A program made the position numbers and the translations under genes. Below, piece after piece: positions 30,564 to 39,794 of a stretch of DNA of 64,000 nucleotides. Position 1 is the first letter of the stretch. Each line of letters begins with the position of its first letter. Location: positions 186,001 to 250,000 of IMG/VR virus record IMGVR_UViG_3300013094_000017. One strand, 5' to 3'. The notes under the pieces were generated by a model. It was not told the DNA's origin. It did not search any database and saw only the letters and a list, made by a program, of their open reading frames with translations.

Positions 30564-31247
30564 ATGACTAAGTTTGCCCCACCTATTGAACCACATAAAG
30601 AACTAAATCCTGCTCTATGGGATGGTAACACCATTAAACCCGAAGTACAGGTTGCACTGCTACGCATTGCCAAGGAGTTCTTTAAGTTCCTTGAGATCAA
30701 TACCAAGATCAACGATATAGTTATTTCGGGCAGCCAAGCAAACTATAACTACACCAGTCATAGTGATATTGACCTACACTTAATAGTTCCAATGGAAAAT
30801 ATCCAATGTGACGAACCAATTGAAGCACTGTTTGATACCAAACGCAAACTATGGAAGGCCAAACATACTATTGATATCTACGGTATTCCAGTAGAGTGTT
30901 ACGCAGAAGATCGTGCCAAACCGGCTGTTAGCTCCAGCTACAGTCTAATACATAATAAGTGGATTAAAGAACCAGACAGCAGTCGTGTAGAATATAACAG
31001 ATCACAAGTAGAACACTCTGTCAAGGTGTGGACTACATTGATCGATCACGCAGTTGGTACTCAAGACCTAACAGAGCTACAACGACTAACAGAACTACTA
31101 ATGACCTATCGTAAAGTTGGACTGGCCCAGCAGGGTGAGTTTGGTCCAGCTAATCTTACGTTTAAGAGCCTACGTAATGCAGGCACCCTTGAGCGCCTAC
31201 ATACTGCATTGAATCAAACTCGAGACAACGACCTTAGCTTGGATTAG
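30564..31247 (+). CDS. Pol-beta superfamily nucleotidyltransferase
   Basis: ISGSQANYNYTSHSDIDLH (GS...DxD); late promoter 30553. Confidence 0.75.
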   Translation: MTKFAPPIEPHKELNPALWDGNTIKPEVQVALLRIAKEFFKFLEINTKINDIVISGSQANYNYTSHSDIDLHLIVPMENIQCDEPIEALFDTKRKLWKAKHTIDIYGIPVECYAEDRAKPAVSSSYSLIHNKWIKEPDSSRVEYNRSQVEHSVKVWTTLIDHAVGTQDLTELQRLTELLMTYRKVGLAQQGEFGPANLTFKSLRNAGTLERLHTALNQTRDNDLSLD

Positions 31248-31896
31248 CGGGAACTACCTGCGGGATATATTTCATAGCTAGATTTACACGCATCTGCGGA
31301 CTTTGTCCGGGCCAGTGCATGATCCAATCGCCCGGCTGCCATTGACCACTGGTGCCTAATTTATCCAACTGACTATCAGCATCGGTATGACAGCCATCGG
31401 AAAAGCAGGCCGCATTAAGTGTACGCTGCGGCACAATCTTAACAATATCCTTGTATTCTTCTAGAGTATCAATCATAACCTGCTGTTCTTTCCAATCATG
31501 GTGTTGATATTGAGGCATCTTGCTCATGATCATTTCTAACCAGCCGCGCCCTTGTTCTGTATTACGAACCATGAGCATGCCCGCATTGATACCGTTCCAA
31601 TAGGTGGCCAGCATCACATGATAGTTGTTATCAGCTACATCTTCTATCTTGGTGCTGAAGTTTGTGATCAGTGCATCGCAGTCTTTCCATAGAATCCATT
31701 CTACCTCGGGATTCATGCGACAAATAGCCAGTAGGCCGTCTATCTTGGCAAAGCCCGGAGGCATGCCGTAGTTGCTGTCCAGCACAGCAAATGGATAGCC
31801 ATGTGCTTCACAGTACTTTAATCCATTTTGATCCCAGGTCAAAGGACTGAGATAAGCGTATCCTTGATCGTGCATAGTTGCCACTGCCATTACCAT
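31234..31896 (-). CDS. Glycosyltransferase, GT34 (GMA12/MNN10)-like
   Basis: YCEAHGY, FAKI, WILWKDCDALITN, INAGMLMVRN, EQQVM. Confidence 0.75.
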   Translation of the reverse strand: MVMAVATMHDQGYAYLSPLTWDQNGLKYCEAHGYPFAVLDSNYGMPPGFAKIDGLLAICRMNPEVEWILWKDCDALITNFSTKIEDVADNNYHVMLATYWNGINAGMLMVRNTEQGRGWLEMIMSKMPQYQHHDWKEQQVMIDTLEEYKDIVKIVPQRTLNAACFSDGCHTDADSQLDKLGTSGQWQPGDWIMHWPGQSPQMRVNLAMKYIPQVVPANPS

Positions 31897-31906
31897 ATTA
31901 GGTTCC

Positions 31907-32683
31907 TTAAAAGTAAAATATATTTGGACGCCATGGATAGTTAACTTCCAAGCGTTCTAGTGTTTCGTTCTTGCGTGTTTCTATCCACATGGTCTTGCCC
32001 AGAGCCAGCCCCACAGCGCAGGGGCTACTCATACTGGTGATCAGCATTTCGCTGCCCTGTATGACCTGTGCCATGTTATAGAATGTGGGCGTAACATGGT
32101 GAGGTACAGAAACATTCATAGTGGAGCAGAACCAATCGTGATCCTCTTTGAGTCCAATGAACACTGCTTGATCAGCTAGCCCCCAATCCAACCAACTGCG
32201 CCATTGAGGGCTTTCCACTGCATTGCCTTCTTGATAGCGAGGGCCCCGGAAGATCACATAGGGACGGCCGGGAATCTTAATGGGCTCGCGACATTCCATG
32301 TAGGGTTCAACCTGTAGGGGTATGCGATACTGATCTAGGTCCATGCCCAGAGCTCGAGCATATTGATTGGCAAAGTTACGGGGAAATACACCAGTTTCAT
32401 GATGTCGAGCCGCTTCGTCTAGATCATAGTCCACTGGTTCACCCTGCCAGACGGTAAAGCCCGAGATATAAGGTTGATGCAGAATAAAATCCCGCATGCT
32501 GTCAAAGTCCTCAATACGCATGCGACCTCGATGCACACCAACATCACCCCAACCTAGTTTTTCTCGCACCATCTGCTCTAGATTGTGTAGTTTAAGATAT
32601 AAGTGTCCCCCACCTAGAGCTCGCACCACGCTCAGAGAGTTGAACACATCCCCTGTAGTACCTGAATGGCTGAATGTTTTCAT
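31907..32683 (-). CDS. GT9-like glycosyltransferase-related protein
   Basis: SHSGTTGDVFNSL; paralogue of 59448-60233; late promoter upstream. Confidence 0.55.
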   Translation of the reverse strand: MKTFSHSGTTGDVFNSLSVVRALGGGHLYLKLHNLEQMVREKLGWGDVGVHRGRMRIEDFDSMRDFILHQPYISGFTVWQGEPVDYDLDEAARHHETGVFPRNFANQYARALGMDLDQYRIPLQVEPYMECREPIKIPGRPYVIFRGPRYQEGNAVESPQWRSWLDWGLADQAVFIGLKEDHDWFCSTMNVSVPHHVTPTFYNMAQVIQGSEMLITSMSSPCAVGLALGKTMWIETRKNETLERLEVNYPWRPNIFYF

Positions 32684-32796
32684 ATAGACTATTTAAACGG
32701 GGGTCAGGACAGGCTGCCAAGATCCGAGCGCGAAGCGCCTAGCGCGAAAAAATTCTAGGTCTTTAACTGCGCAGTTAACTCCAGCTGGATCAGTCT

Positions 32797-33009
32797 CTAG
32801 CCCAGGTCCTGTCCCTGGTTTAACAGCTCTATAGCATCAACTACCTGATCGTGGTCCACATAGTAACGTATATGCTGCTGTCCTCGGGGATCCTGCCAAC
32901 GTAAGAGCCACGTGGTGCCAATCTCAGCCACAGCAAATACATAGCCTAATTGATTACGTATGGGTCCTATACGCCAGTGTGTGACAGCGTGAAAATCGTG
33001 ATCGAACAT
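32797..33009 (-). CDS. Hypothetical protein
   Basis: TTAAATA immediately upstream. Confidence 0.5.
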   Translation of the reverse strand: MFDHDFHAVTHWRIGPIRNQLGYVFAVAEIGTTWLLRWQDPRGQQHIRYYVDHDQVVDAIELLNQGQDLG

Positions 33010-33086
33010 ATGGTTATTTAACTCGAGTTGACAGCAGGACTAAGATAGTGTATAATATAAGCTCACAATCTGATATAAGGTGTTAT

Positions 33087-33275
33087 ATGAGCAATCCCTG
33101 TCAACACTGCCGTAAGGACATGCCATTCGGAGCCATGATATGTCCATGGTGTAGAAGTAGAGTAGATACATTAGATACTGGTATCATTGGATGGTTTCTA
33201 TTGGTCATAGCCTTGGCTTGGATTTGGGTCAACTGGTTACTGCCCTTATGGCATTGGCTCACACACATATTCTGA
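33087..33275 (+). CDS. Double Zn-ribbon plus TM small protein
   Basis: CQHC...CPWC then hydrophobic helix; sigma70 promoter upstream; paralogue at 49488. Confidence 0.65.
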   Translation: MSNPCQHCRKDMPFGAMICPWCRSRVDTLDTGIIGWFLLVIALAWIWVNWLLPLWHWLTHIF

Positions 33276-33346
33276 TCTATATATAGACCAAAAAAAATTG
33301 TGCAAAAAAATTTTAAACCATGAAATCTATTCCTTAAGGACTAATC

Positions 33347-33589
33347 TTGTACATACAACTGACCAACAGTCATCCAGACTACCTAAATGAACCTATTATA
33401 ATTAACACACATAACATAGTGACTGTCTACACACAAGAAGTGGCACCTAACCTTAGAGTAACATGTATACACTGTCCTCCCTACGGTACTTGGAATGTGC
33501 AGGAAAGCATAAGTGAAGTAAGAGCCAGGTTAGACCGGGTAACGCCTAGTGAAAGGCAAAAGGCTGTACCTGAGGTTAAGAGTGCATAA
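33347..33589 (+). CDS. Hypothetical (FlbD-like small beta protein)
   Basis: YIQLTN...IIINTHNI...VQESISEV; TTG start with AAGGA RBS. Confidence 0.55.
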   Translation: MYIQLTNSHPDYLNEPIIINTHNIVTVYTQEVAPNLRVTCIHCPPYGTWNVQESISEVRARLDRVTPSERQKAVPEVKSA

Positions 33590-33884
33590 GCATAGAGTCA
33601 CCCTGTATAGTGAGAACATATACGTATGGGATGCTTTGAGCCTATACGATACTTACTCGAATATGCCTACTCCTAGAGCTAACCTGCCCGTAGATGATCT
33701 AACTGTGATCGAATACTTTAGTCATACCCGAGAAGCAGCATGGGCAGAGCAGCAGGCTGATATTCAGCTAATACTGGTCAAAGATGAAGTCAAGCATGCT
33801 TATACTTGTGAAGTTAGTATATGTGCGGACCTAACTGATAGACAGTATGCGGACTATATACTCCGAGGCCTACGTATAGAGTAA
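33582..33884 (+). CDS. Hypothetical protein
   Basis: GTG start coupled to previous gene; ends ADLTDRQYADYILR, a possible distant LKW-family member. Confidence 0.55.
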   Translation: MHKHRVTLYSENIYVWDALSLYDTYSNMPTPRANLPVDDLTVIEYFSHTREAAWAEQQADIQLILVKDEVKHAYTCEVSICADLTDRQYADYILRGLRIE

Positions 33885-34059
33885 AAAAATTGCCGCGCAA
33901 AAATTTAAATGGTTGGAGAACCATGGCCATGGTGATTGCGCTCCACTGATGGAAGATTTGGCAAGCTAGCTGCTGCTGCAAGCATGCTTGTAGCATGTAT
34001 ACCGGTCCACCCCACCTGGCCCCACCATCCCCCACCACCCCCCACCTGGTGCCTCAAGC

Positions 34060-34085
34060 CAAAAAAAAGGGCACCTAAGTGCCCC
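34060..34085 (-). terminator. Rho-independent terminator closing the early cassette array
   Basis: - strand GGGGCAC-TTAG-GTGCCC plus T9. Confidence 0.85.
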
Positions 34086-34100
34086 CTAATGACCTCAGCT

Positions 34101-34451
34101 CTAATCTAATCTACTGCCACCATAGGCCTTCAAGCCTAGCTCGTTAACTAATACTTCAGCGTAGGCATACGCACCCGCTTCCTTAACGCTAACGCTCTGC
34201 GTAGGATAGCCTGCTGGATCCCACAACTGTAAGCCTCCATTGTATGCTTTACGGAAGCCTACACTGGCTAACCACTTGCCCAACTTGCTGTTCGTGCGCA
34301 CATCGTATACAGTGACCCAACCAAAGCCACATGCATCACGCTCGCCTACCTTGCTGTACATGTCAGCAGCCGCTAGCTTGCTTACTGCTAGAGCCTTGGC
34401 TAATACTTGTTCTACGAAGTCTTGCTTTAGTTCAGTTGCTTTTAGTTCCAT
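34101..34451 (-). CDS. Early hypothetical protein
   Basis: Cassette leader; CGFGWV...TQSVSVKEAGAYAYA. Confidence 0.7.
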   Translation of the reverse strand: MELKATELKQDFVEQVLAKALAVSKLAAADMYSKVGERDACGFGWVTVYDVRTNSKLGKWLASVGFRKAYNGGLQLWDPAGYPTQSVSVKEAGAYAYAEVLVNELGLKAYGGSRLD

Positions 34452-34515
34452 TTTGTTTCTCCGTTGTGTTAGTGTATACGTAGTATAATATCAAACCTGC
34501 CAGCTGTCAACTACT

Positions 34516-34830
34516 TTATGCCAACTCCTTAAGCTCACGCTGTAGCTTCTTCAATTGCTTCTGTAAGTCCTTAAGCTTCACAGCCGCGCTAATATCAATC
34601 GCATGCTTAAACTTCTTATTCTCCCAATCTCTGTCACTAACAATAGCATCCACATACATGTCAACAATAGTCTTTAGTGTAGCGTTCCACTTAGCACCGT
34701 CTAAGCACGTGTCCCAACATTCAATCTCATACTTGTCTGCAATGTAGTCATCAAGCTCACTTAAGCGTTCAATCACTTCTGTTTCAATGTCGTTAGCTAC
34801 ATCGTCAATTGTTTTAATTTTCTTAGCCAT
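34516..34830 (-). CDS. Early hypothetical protein
   Basis: Cassette leader. Confidence 0.65.
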   Translation of the reverse strand: MAKKIKTIDDVANDIETEVIERLSELDDYIADKYEIECWDTCLDGAKWNATLKTIVDMYVDAIVSDRDWENKKFKHAIDISAAVKLKDLQKQLKKLQRELKELA

Positions 34831-34891
34831 TTTGTTTACCTCGTTGCGTTAGTGTCTGTGTAGTATACTATCGATTAAACCCTAAGTCAAC

Positions 34892-35086
34892 CTATTTCTT
34901 TACTCGAACAGTGAATAGACTGCCTAGTAGGGCTGTGGCTAACCAAGTGTTGAATGTGTAGGGAATAGCCAATGCGGGGAATAAAGTATCCAATGACCAT
35001 ATGGTTAAGATAGGTCCTAGAATGACTGCTAAGATACCTAATACTACTAGGCCTAGTACGCCAAAGGCTTTGGTGGATGATTTCAT
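34892..35086 (-). CDS. Early small membrane protein
   Basis: Two hydrophobic segments. Confidence 0.6.
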   Translation of the reverse strand: MKSSTKAFGVLGLVVLGILAVILGPILTIWSLDTLFPALAIPYTFNTWLATALLGSLFTVRVKK

Positions 35087-35385
35087 TAGTTTAGATCCTT
35101 ATGATAGAATTGGTCCATTTGGTATAGGCTCACACAGGTTAGTACGAGGATACCTAATAGTCCCAATGTTGAGGGTGTGTTAACTTCATATGCTATAAGA
35201 GCAAGTAGCAAGGCCTTGCTGGTATATATCTTAATCATTTAATTTCTCCTAGTGTTGTAATGCATGAGTGCATTATATAGTCTAAGCGGCCTTATGTCAA
35301 CTTCGGATGGCACGGATGCCTAGGGTGAGGATGAGGCCAAACACTAGGATCACTGCTATAGGTATTAGGGCTACTAGGTTGTACA

Positions 35386-35649
35386 TTATAATACTCCTTC
35401 TGATTCTAGTTCAGCTACTGCTTCGTTGAATAGGCTTTCTAGGTCGCGGACTTGGTTGGCCACTCTAATGTCTTTCCGACGCTTACGGAGTGCTGTGCCT
35501 TTCTGATACATTAAAGGGTGATGCAGTTTACAGTATACTGCACCATCCACTAGGTCCTTTGATCCACACTCGGTTGGATTATCGCCAAGCCATTGACATC
35601 CGAGTGCTCTAACCAGGGCTAGATCAAGTACCGGATTATTTGTTTTCAT
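35386..35649 (-). CDS. Early Zn-finger protein
   Basis: CQWLG...CG......YC..H (GcrA C-terminal-like finger). Confidence 0.6.
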   Translation of the reverse strand: MKTNNPVLDLALVRALGCQWLGDNPTECGSKDLVDGAVYCKLHHPLMYQKGTALRKRRKDIRVANQVRDLESLFNEAVAELESEGVL

Positions 35650-35872
35650 TGTTAACCATCTTCTTTACTAGTTTTTCAGTATCGATGCCCATATCTTTTA
35701 ATATGATCAGCATGACTGTTGATGTTTCTACTCGGCCGGCAGTGCGTTCCTGGTGTGCAATGATCACCAAGAGGGCAATCAAACTCCACCACTGCCAACC
35801 CCAACCTAAGTTGAGGGTGGCCAGTACTAGACCGTAGGTTAGATATAATGCTACGTTTAATATCTTATCCAT
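35636..35872 (-). CDS. Early small membrane protein
   Basis: Hydrophobic N-half; coupled. Confidence 0.55.
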   Translation of the reverse strand: MDKILNVALYLTYGLVLATLNLGWGWQWWSLIALLVIIAHQERTAGRVETSTVMLIILKDMGIDTEKLVKKMVNNENK

Positions 35873-36732
35873 TAGGCACGACGCATACAGGTTGTTGAAG
35901 CCATAGCCTGCCAGTTGCTGGGAAAGCTCTTGCGCAGGTCAGCTACCTTAAGTACCATGCGTAGGCTTAGCTCTCTGAGCTTGGCCGCGTTCACAGTGAT
36001 GAAGTTAACGATCTCATCTTTGGTCACCTGTTCAAACTCATAGTCATCTAACATACCTTCATTAACAATCTGCTTGATGCGCAGGATCTTCTCGCGGTCT
36101 GTGTCCATCTCTAAGTCGATGTAATGGCAACGACTTTCGAGCGCATCTAAGTGGTCCTTCAATCGTTTGCTTTTCACATGATGGAATTTAATATTAGTGA
36201 TAAAGATCGCCGCACCTTTGAACTCAAACCTGTCTGGAATGCCTTCACTGCGTAGCATACGGCTGTCAGTGTTCCAAGCAATGTATCGCTTCTTGCTACT
36301 ATCTAATGCGCCCTTGAGGATGTTAAGGCTAAGGTCTTCCATAAGAATACTGTCGCAGTCATCGAACACTATAACGTTGCCTTCGTCTGCGAATTCGTAT
36401 AACTTAGCATATAGTCCGAGGCTACTCATCGCACCTTTGACCACTTCGTATTTAGGTTTCTTATTACCTAACGTGTTGAATAGATCGTCCTTGCTGAGTA
36501 CTGCCTCAACACCAAAGCTCTTACCTACACCTGGGGGACCACTTACGATCATAGCACGTACATCGCCATGCTTGACTGCTTTGGTCATGTCAGTTAAGAT
36601 ACTGAAGCGAGCACTTAGGCGTTCAATGATCTCTTCGTCAGTCTCTAAAGCCACTGATAGTTCTAAGGCCTTAATCGCATCGGTATCAAACTCTAGTACT
36701 GATACGCCACCACTCTTATTTGCTTTTGCCAT
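35872..36732 (-). CDS. AAA+ ATPase
   Basis: SGPPGVGKS Walker A, IVFDDCD Walker B, IFITN, LESRC. Confidence 0.85.
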   Translation of the reverse strand: MAKANKSGGVSVLEFDTDAIKALELSVALETDEEIIERLSARFSILTDMTKAVKHGDVRAMIVSGPPGVGKSFGVEAVLSKDDLFNTLGNKKPKYEVVKGAMSSLGLYAKLYEFADEGNVIVFDDCDSILMEDLSLNILKGALDSSKKRYIAWNTDSRMLRSEGIPDRFEFKGAAIFITNIKFHHVKSKRLKDHLDALESRCHYIDLEMDTDREKILRIKQIVNEGMLDDYEFEQVTKDEIVNFITVNAAKLRELSLRMVLKVADLRKSFPSNWQAMASTTCMRRA

Positions 36733-36994
36733 TTGCTTTCCTTGTTTTGTTAGTGTAAGTGTGTATTATAACACCTAGCCTAGGCCTTGTCAACCACTTC
36801 TTTTTCAACAGTGGCGCCTGTATACTTCTGGCCTGCCTTGTGAATCAATCCCCAAGGATAGTATGTAATAGTTCCGCCCGAAGCAGAAGTTTTTGTAGTG
36901 CCTGGTGTGTTCATGTTATACTCCGAATACCAATTTGCCTAATAAGAACCCTGCAAAAAACAGGGCCACCCAACCTACTAAACGATCTCCCCAG

Positions 36995-37201
36995 TTAGGC
37001 TCCATAGTATTCTGCTCCTTCATCATACTCGTCGGCAGTGTCTTCGTCTTCTTCAAAGAAGCCTTCCAACTCAGTAGCGCAGAAGTCCTCGACAGCCGCT
37101 TCGCTCATTGTGGTCATTAAGCTGGTTGCCAACCACATTGGGTCAACGATGCCTTCTACCATTAGATCATAAAGCCTGTTAGTGTATTTGCGTGTTGCCA
37201 T
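36995..37201 (-). CDS. Early acidic hypothetical protein
   Basis: Cassette leader. Confidence 0.65.
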   Translation of the reverse strand: MATRKYTNRLYDLMVEGIVDPMWLATSLMTTMSEAAVEDFCATELEGFFEEDEDTADEYDEGAEYYGA

Positions 37202-37261
37202 TTTGTTTCTCCGTTGTGTTAGTGTAAGTGCATTATAGCAGGAGTTAGCCCAAATGTCAAC

Positions 37262-37417
37262 CTATGTTCTTGCTATGATAGCCTGTGAGTAGATGATAGA
37301 TCCCAGAACCTCTGCGGAGGAGGTCACTCCACCTTGTAGCTCCCAACCATTGGCCAAGGCTGCACGTATTTCCTTTTCAACCTCTGCTAAGGTACCTGTG
37401 ACAATCTTGTATCGCAT
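37262..37417 (-). CDS. DUF1737-like small protein
   Basis: Manual translation MRYKIVTGTLAEVEKEIRAALANGWELQGGV...YSQAII. Confidence 0.6.
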   Translation of the reverse strand: MRYKIVTGTLAEVEKEIRAALANGWELQGGVTSSAEVLGSIIYSQAIIART

Positions 37418-37418
37418 A

Positions 37419-37676
37419 TTAACCTTTCTCTGCTAGTTCCTGACACCAGACGCATCGTGTGCAGCCTAGGATGGCCTGTCTGCGAGGTTCCGGAATGGCC
37501 TCACCACAGTCCTCACACTCGGTTAGACTTGGTTGTGCCGCTTGCTCTGCTAGTCGACGCTGAACATCAGCTACCGCGTTCATGTTTAGGTGGATGGCGT
37601 GAATCTGGCCTAACTCTTCTTCGGCTCTGTTATCCATGAAGTTATCTTCTTGGTGCAATACATCTTTAGTTGTCAT
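37419..37676 (-). CDS. DksA/TraR-family C4 Zn-finger protein
   Basis: CEDCGEAIPEPRRQAILGCTRCVWCQ. Confidence 0.85.
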   Translation of the reverse strand: MTTKDVLHQEDNFMDNRAEEELGQIHAIHLNMNAVADVQRRLAEQAAQPSLTECEDCGEAIPEPRRQAILGCTRCVWCQELAEKG

Positions 37677-37812
37677 TAGATTTGCCTTTGTGTTTGGTCT
37701 TGCGGGTGAACTTGGTACGGTCCTTCTCTACCTTTGCTTTGAAAGGAAGATCCTTGTTGAATAGTGCATAGTGTCTGCGTACTGTCATTTTAATCTTTCT
37801 GCTCGTTTTCAT
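37666..37812 (-). CDS. Basic 48-aa protein, ArfA-like
   Basis: Manual translation ...LFNKDLPFKAKVEKDRTKFTRKTKHK; own promoter. Confidence 0.5.
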   Translation of the reverse strand: MKTSRKIKMTVRRHYALFNKDLPFKAKVEKDRTKFTRKTKHKGKSNDN

Positions 37813-37996
37813 AGTGTAAGTATTATACTACCTTAAACCTCTGATGTCAACCCCTAAATGAGGTCAAGAGAAAGCCCGCAACATGCAGGCTTTTTCTTAG
37901 GTCTAGCTATATGTTAGGTTTAGTAACTTTACATACCATGCCCTTTCTTCAAAATTGATTTAAGTGTTATCTCTTACTAAACTACATTATACTATC

Positions 37997-38440
37997 TTAA
38001 ACGAATCCTGTCAATGCTCGTTGGTATCGTTCCTCTTGGTGTCGTGCCCAACTCATCTCTAGGCCATGCTGTATACGCTCCCTATCAAACCATTCAGCTA
38101 GGGCAGGAAACTCGATTAACGGTAGTTCTATACCATAGTCATCTTCGAACCAATCTGTTCTGATCTTCCAGGTCTCTGGTACCAAGTTTCGATGCACACC
38201 GATGTTGGTTTCGATCATTAATCGTTTCCATTTGCGAACCAATGTGTTTATGGTATTGGTCCAATAGGTATTGGCCCATGTGTTTGGTTGTGTCCTGGAC
38301 AATGCTTCTCGAGCTTGGTCTAATCGAATGCCCAAGGCATCCAACTCATACTCAGTGGGGAATAGGTTCTTAGGTTCCCAATCGCCTAGATCTAAGGGCA
38401 ATACCACTGCCTCTGGCTCTTTAGGTTTAAACCAACGCAT
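37997..38440 (-). CDS. Early hypothetical protein
   Basis: 147-aa ORF. Confidence 0.6.
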   Translation of the reverse strand: MRWFKPKEPEAVVLPLDLGDWEPKNLFPTEYELDALGIRLDQAREALSRTQPNTWANTYWTNTINTLVRKWKRLMIETNIGVHRNLVPETWKIRTDWFEDDYGIELPLIEFPALAEWFDRERIQHGLEMSWARHQEERYQRALTGFV

Positions 38441-38711
38441 CTTCTAACTCCTCGGGAATGTCATTTAGGACCTTGCGCTTCTTAGTCTCTGCTATCAAGC
38501 AGGCCTGCACTTCTGCATTGCCGTTGGCAAAGCCTATGGCGAATAGGAATGCCAGTGCATCCTCTTTGGTGCTGGGATACTTAAGTTCCACTAGGTCGAT
38601 GTCCTTGTGTCCGCATTTGATTAGGATCTTTACTCGGTGATAACTGTTGGCATATCGAACTTTGAGTTTACCGTCGAGTCTACTAACGCCTGCGTGTGTG
38701 TATGATTTCAT
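38427..38711 (-). CDS. Early hypothetical protein
   Basis: YTHAGVSRLDGKLKVRYAN...IDLVEL. Confidence 0.65.
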   Translation of the reverse strand: MKSYTHAGVSRLDGKLKVRYANSYHRVKILIKCGHKDIDLVELKYPSTKEDALAFLFAIGFANGNAEVQACLIAETKKRKVLNDIPEELEDALV

Positions 38712-38766
38712 AGGTCTTTCCTGTTCTATCAGTGTATAGCTAGTATACTACCATTAGCCCAAAATG

Positions 38767-38940
38767 TCAATAGACTTCTTTGGTGATATAGAATACTTCC
38801 GCGGGATACTTCTCTTTGAACTCATCCGTGCCTGTGAACTTGTTCAGTTCAGTAGCATTGAAGAATACCTTATGCAATGCTGTCTTATGTGTCTTACGAT
38901 CACTGACCGTTAGATAAACTGATGTGGCGCGTCCTGCCAT
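38767..38940 (-). CDS. Early hypothetical protein (57 aa)
   Basis: Manual translation MAGRATSVYLTV...; its TGA stop lies inside the next -35 box. Confidence 0.6.
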   Translation of the reverse strand: MAGRATSVYLTVSDRKTHKTALHKVFFNATELNKFTGTDEFKEKYPAEVFYITKEVY

Positions 38941-38941
38941 G

Positions 38942-39139
38942 TTAGACCTCTTCTATTGAATGTGGAGGAAAGCTGAACTTCAAACTGTTCCTGCCTGTGT
39001 TGGCTGCCTCTGCACGTTTGAATGCTTCAAGTGCGCCTTCTTTAGTATCTGCTTCTACGACGATGTGATCAGTCTCAGTGTGGTTAAATTCATCCCATCC
39101 CGGCATCTCATATTCGTAGCGTACAATGTATCTTGCCAT
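38942..39139 (-). CDS. Early hypothetical protein
   Basis: Start at cassette ATG 39139. Confidence 0.65.
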   Translation of the reverse strand: MARYIVRYEYEMPGWDEFNHTETDHIVVEADTKEGALEAFKRAEAANTGRNSLKFSFPPHSIEEV

Positions 39140-39199
39140 TTTGTTTCTCCGTTGCGCTAGTGTATGTGTTATTATAGCATACACTAGCCCAAAAGTCAA

Positions 39200-39457
39200 C
39201 TAGTATTGCACCACACGCACAATCTGCGTTAAGTAAGCCCAACGCGGCTCACCTTTAGTGTCTGTGTAGTCACAACCTGCACGTCCATTCTTAATGTCTG
39301 CTTCTACGTTTTCTAACGTAACAGTTTCTGCAGGCTCACTGCCAAACCCACTGCGTATAACTACCACGCTACCTGCACGTACATCATCAATGTCAACGCC
39401 AGTGCCAGCAATGCCACTGCGTCTAATTGCGCTAATTAAATCTAATGTGTTGCTCAT
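39200..39457 (-). CDS. Early hypothetical (SH3-like) protein
   Basis: Start at cassette ATG 39457. Confidence 0.65.
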   Translation of the reverse strand: MSNTLDLISAIRRSGIAGTGVDIDDVRAGSVVVIRSGFGSEPAETVTLENVEADIKNGRAGCDYTDTKGEPRWAYLTQIVRVVQY

Positions 39458-39519
39458 TTTGTTTCTCCGTTTTGTTAGTGTAAGTGCATTATAGCGCATT
39501 TCTGCGCTATTGTCAACCA

Positions 39520-39729
39520 TTATTTTTCTTGCATTACAATGTTGTTAGTGCGTAATTGTTCTGCAGCCTGCGCAAATGCACGCACAACATCTTCTTCGTT
39601 GTTATAATCGCTACTAATAAAGCTAGCGTTACGTTGTGTTAGCGTGTCGTATGTAAAGCCTACAATAAGTCTAAACAGACCCTTGTTTGTTTTTAATACT
39701 TTTGCGTGTGCTAGTGTGTTTGTTTGCAT
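39520..39729 (-). CDS. Early hypothetical protein
   Basis: Cassette leader. Confidence 0.65.
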   Translation of the reverse strand: MQTNTLAHAKVLKTNKGLFRLIVGFTYDTLTQRNASFISSDYNNEEDVVRAFAQAAEQLRTNNIVMQEK

Positions 39730-39794
39730 TTGTGTTGCTCCGTTTTGTTAGTGTAAGTGCATTATAGCACCCACACTAACATTTGTCAACCTCT

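Noticed and set aside
33814-34038. 74-aa ORF across the G4/palindrome junction
   Set aside because: It lies beyond a strong terminator, has no RBS and arises from low-complexity sequence.
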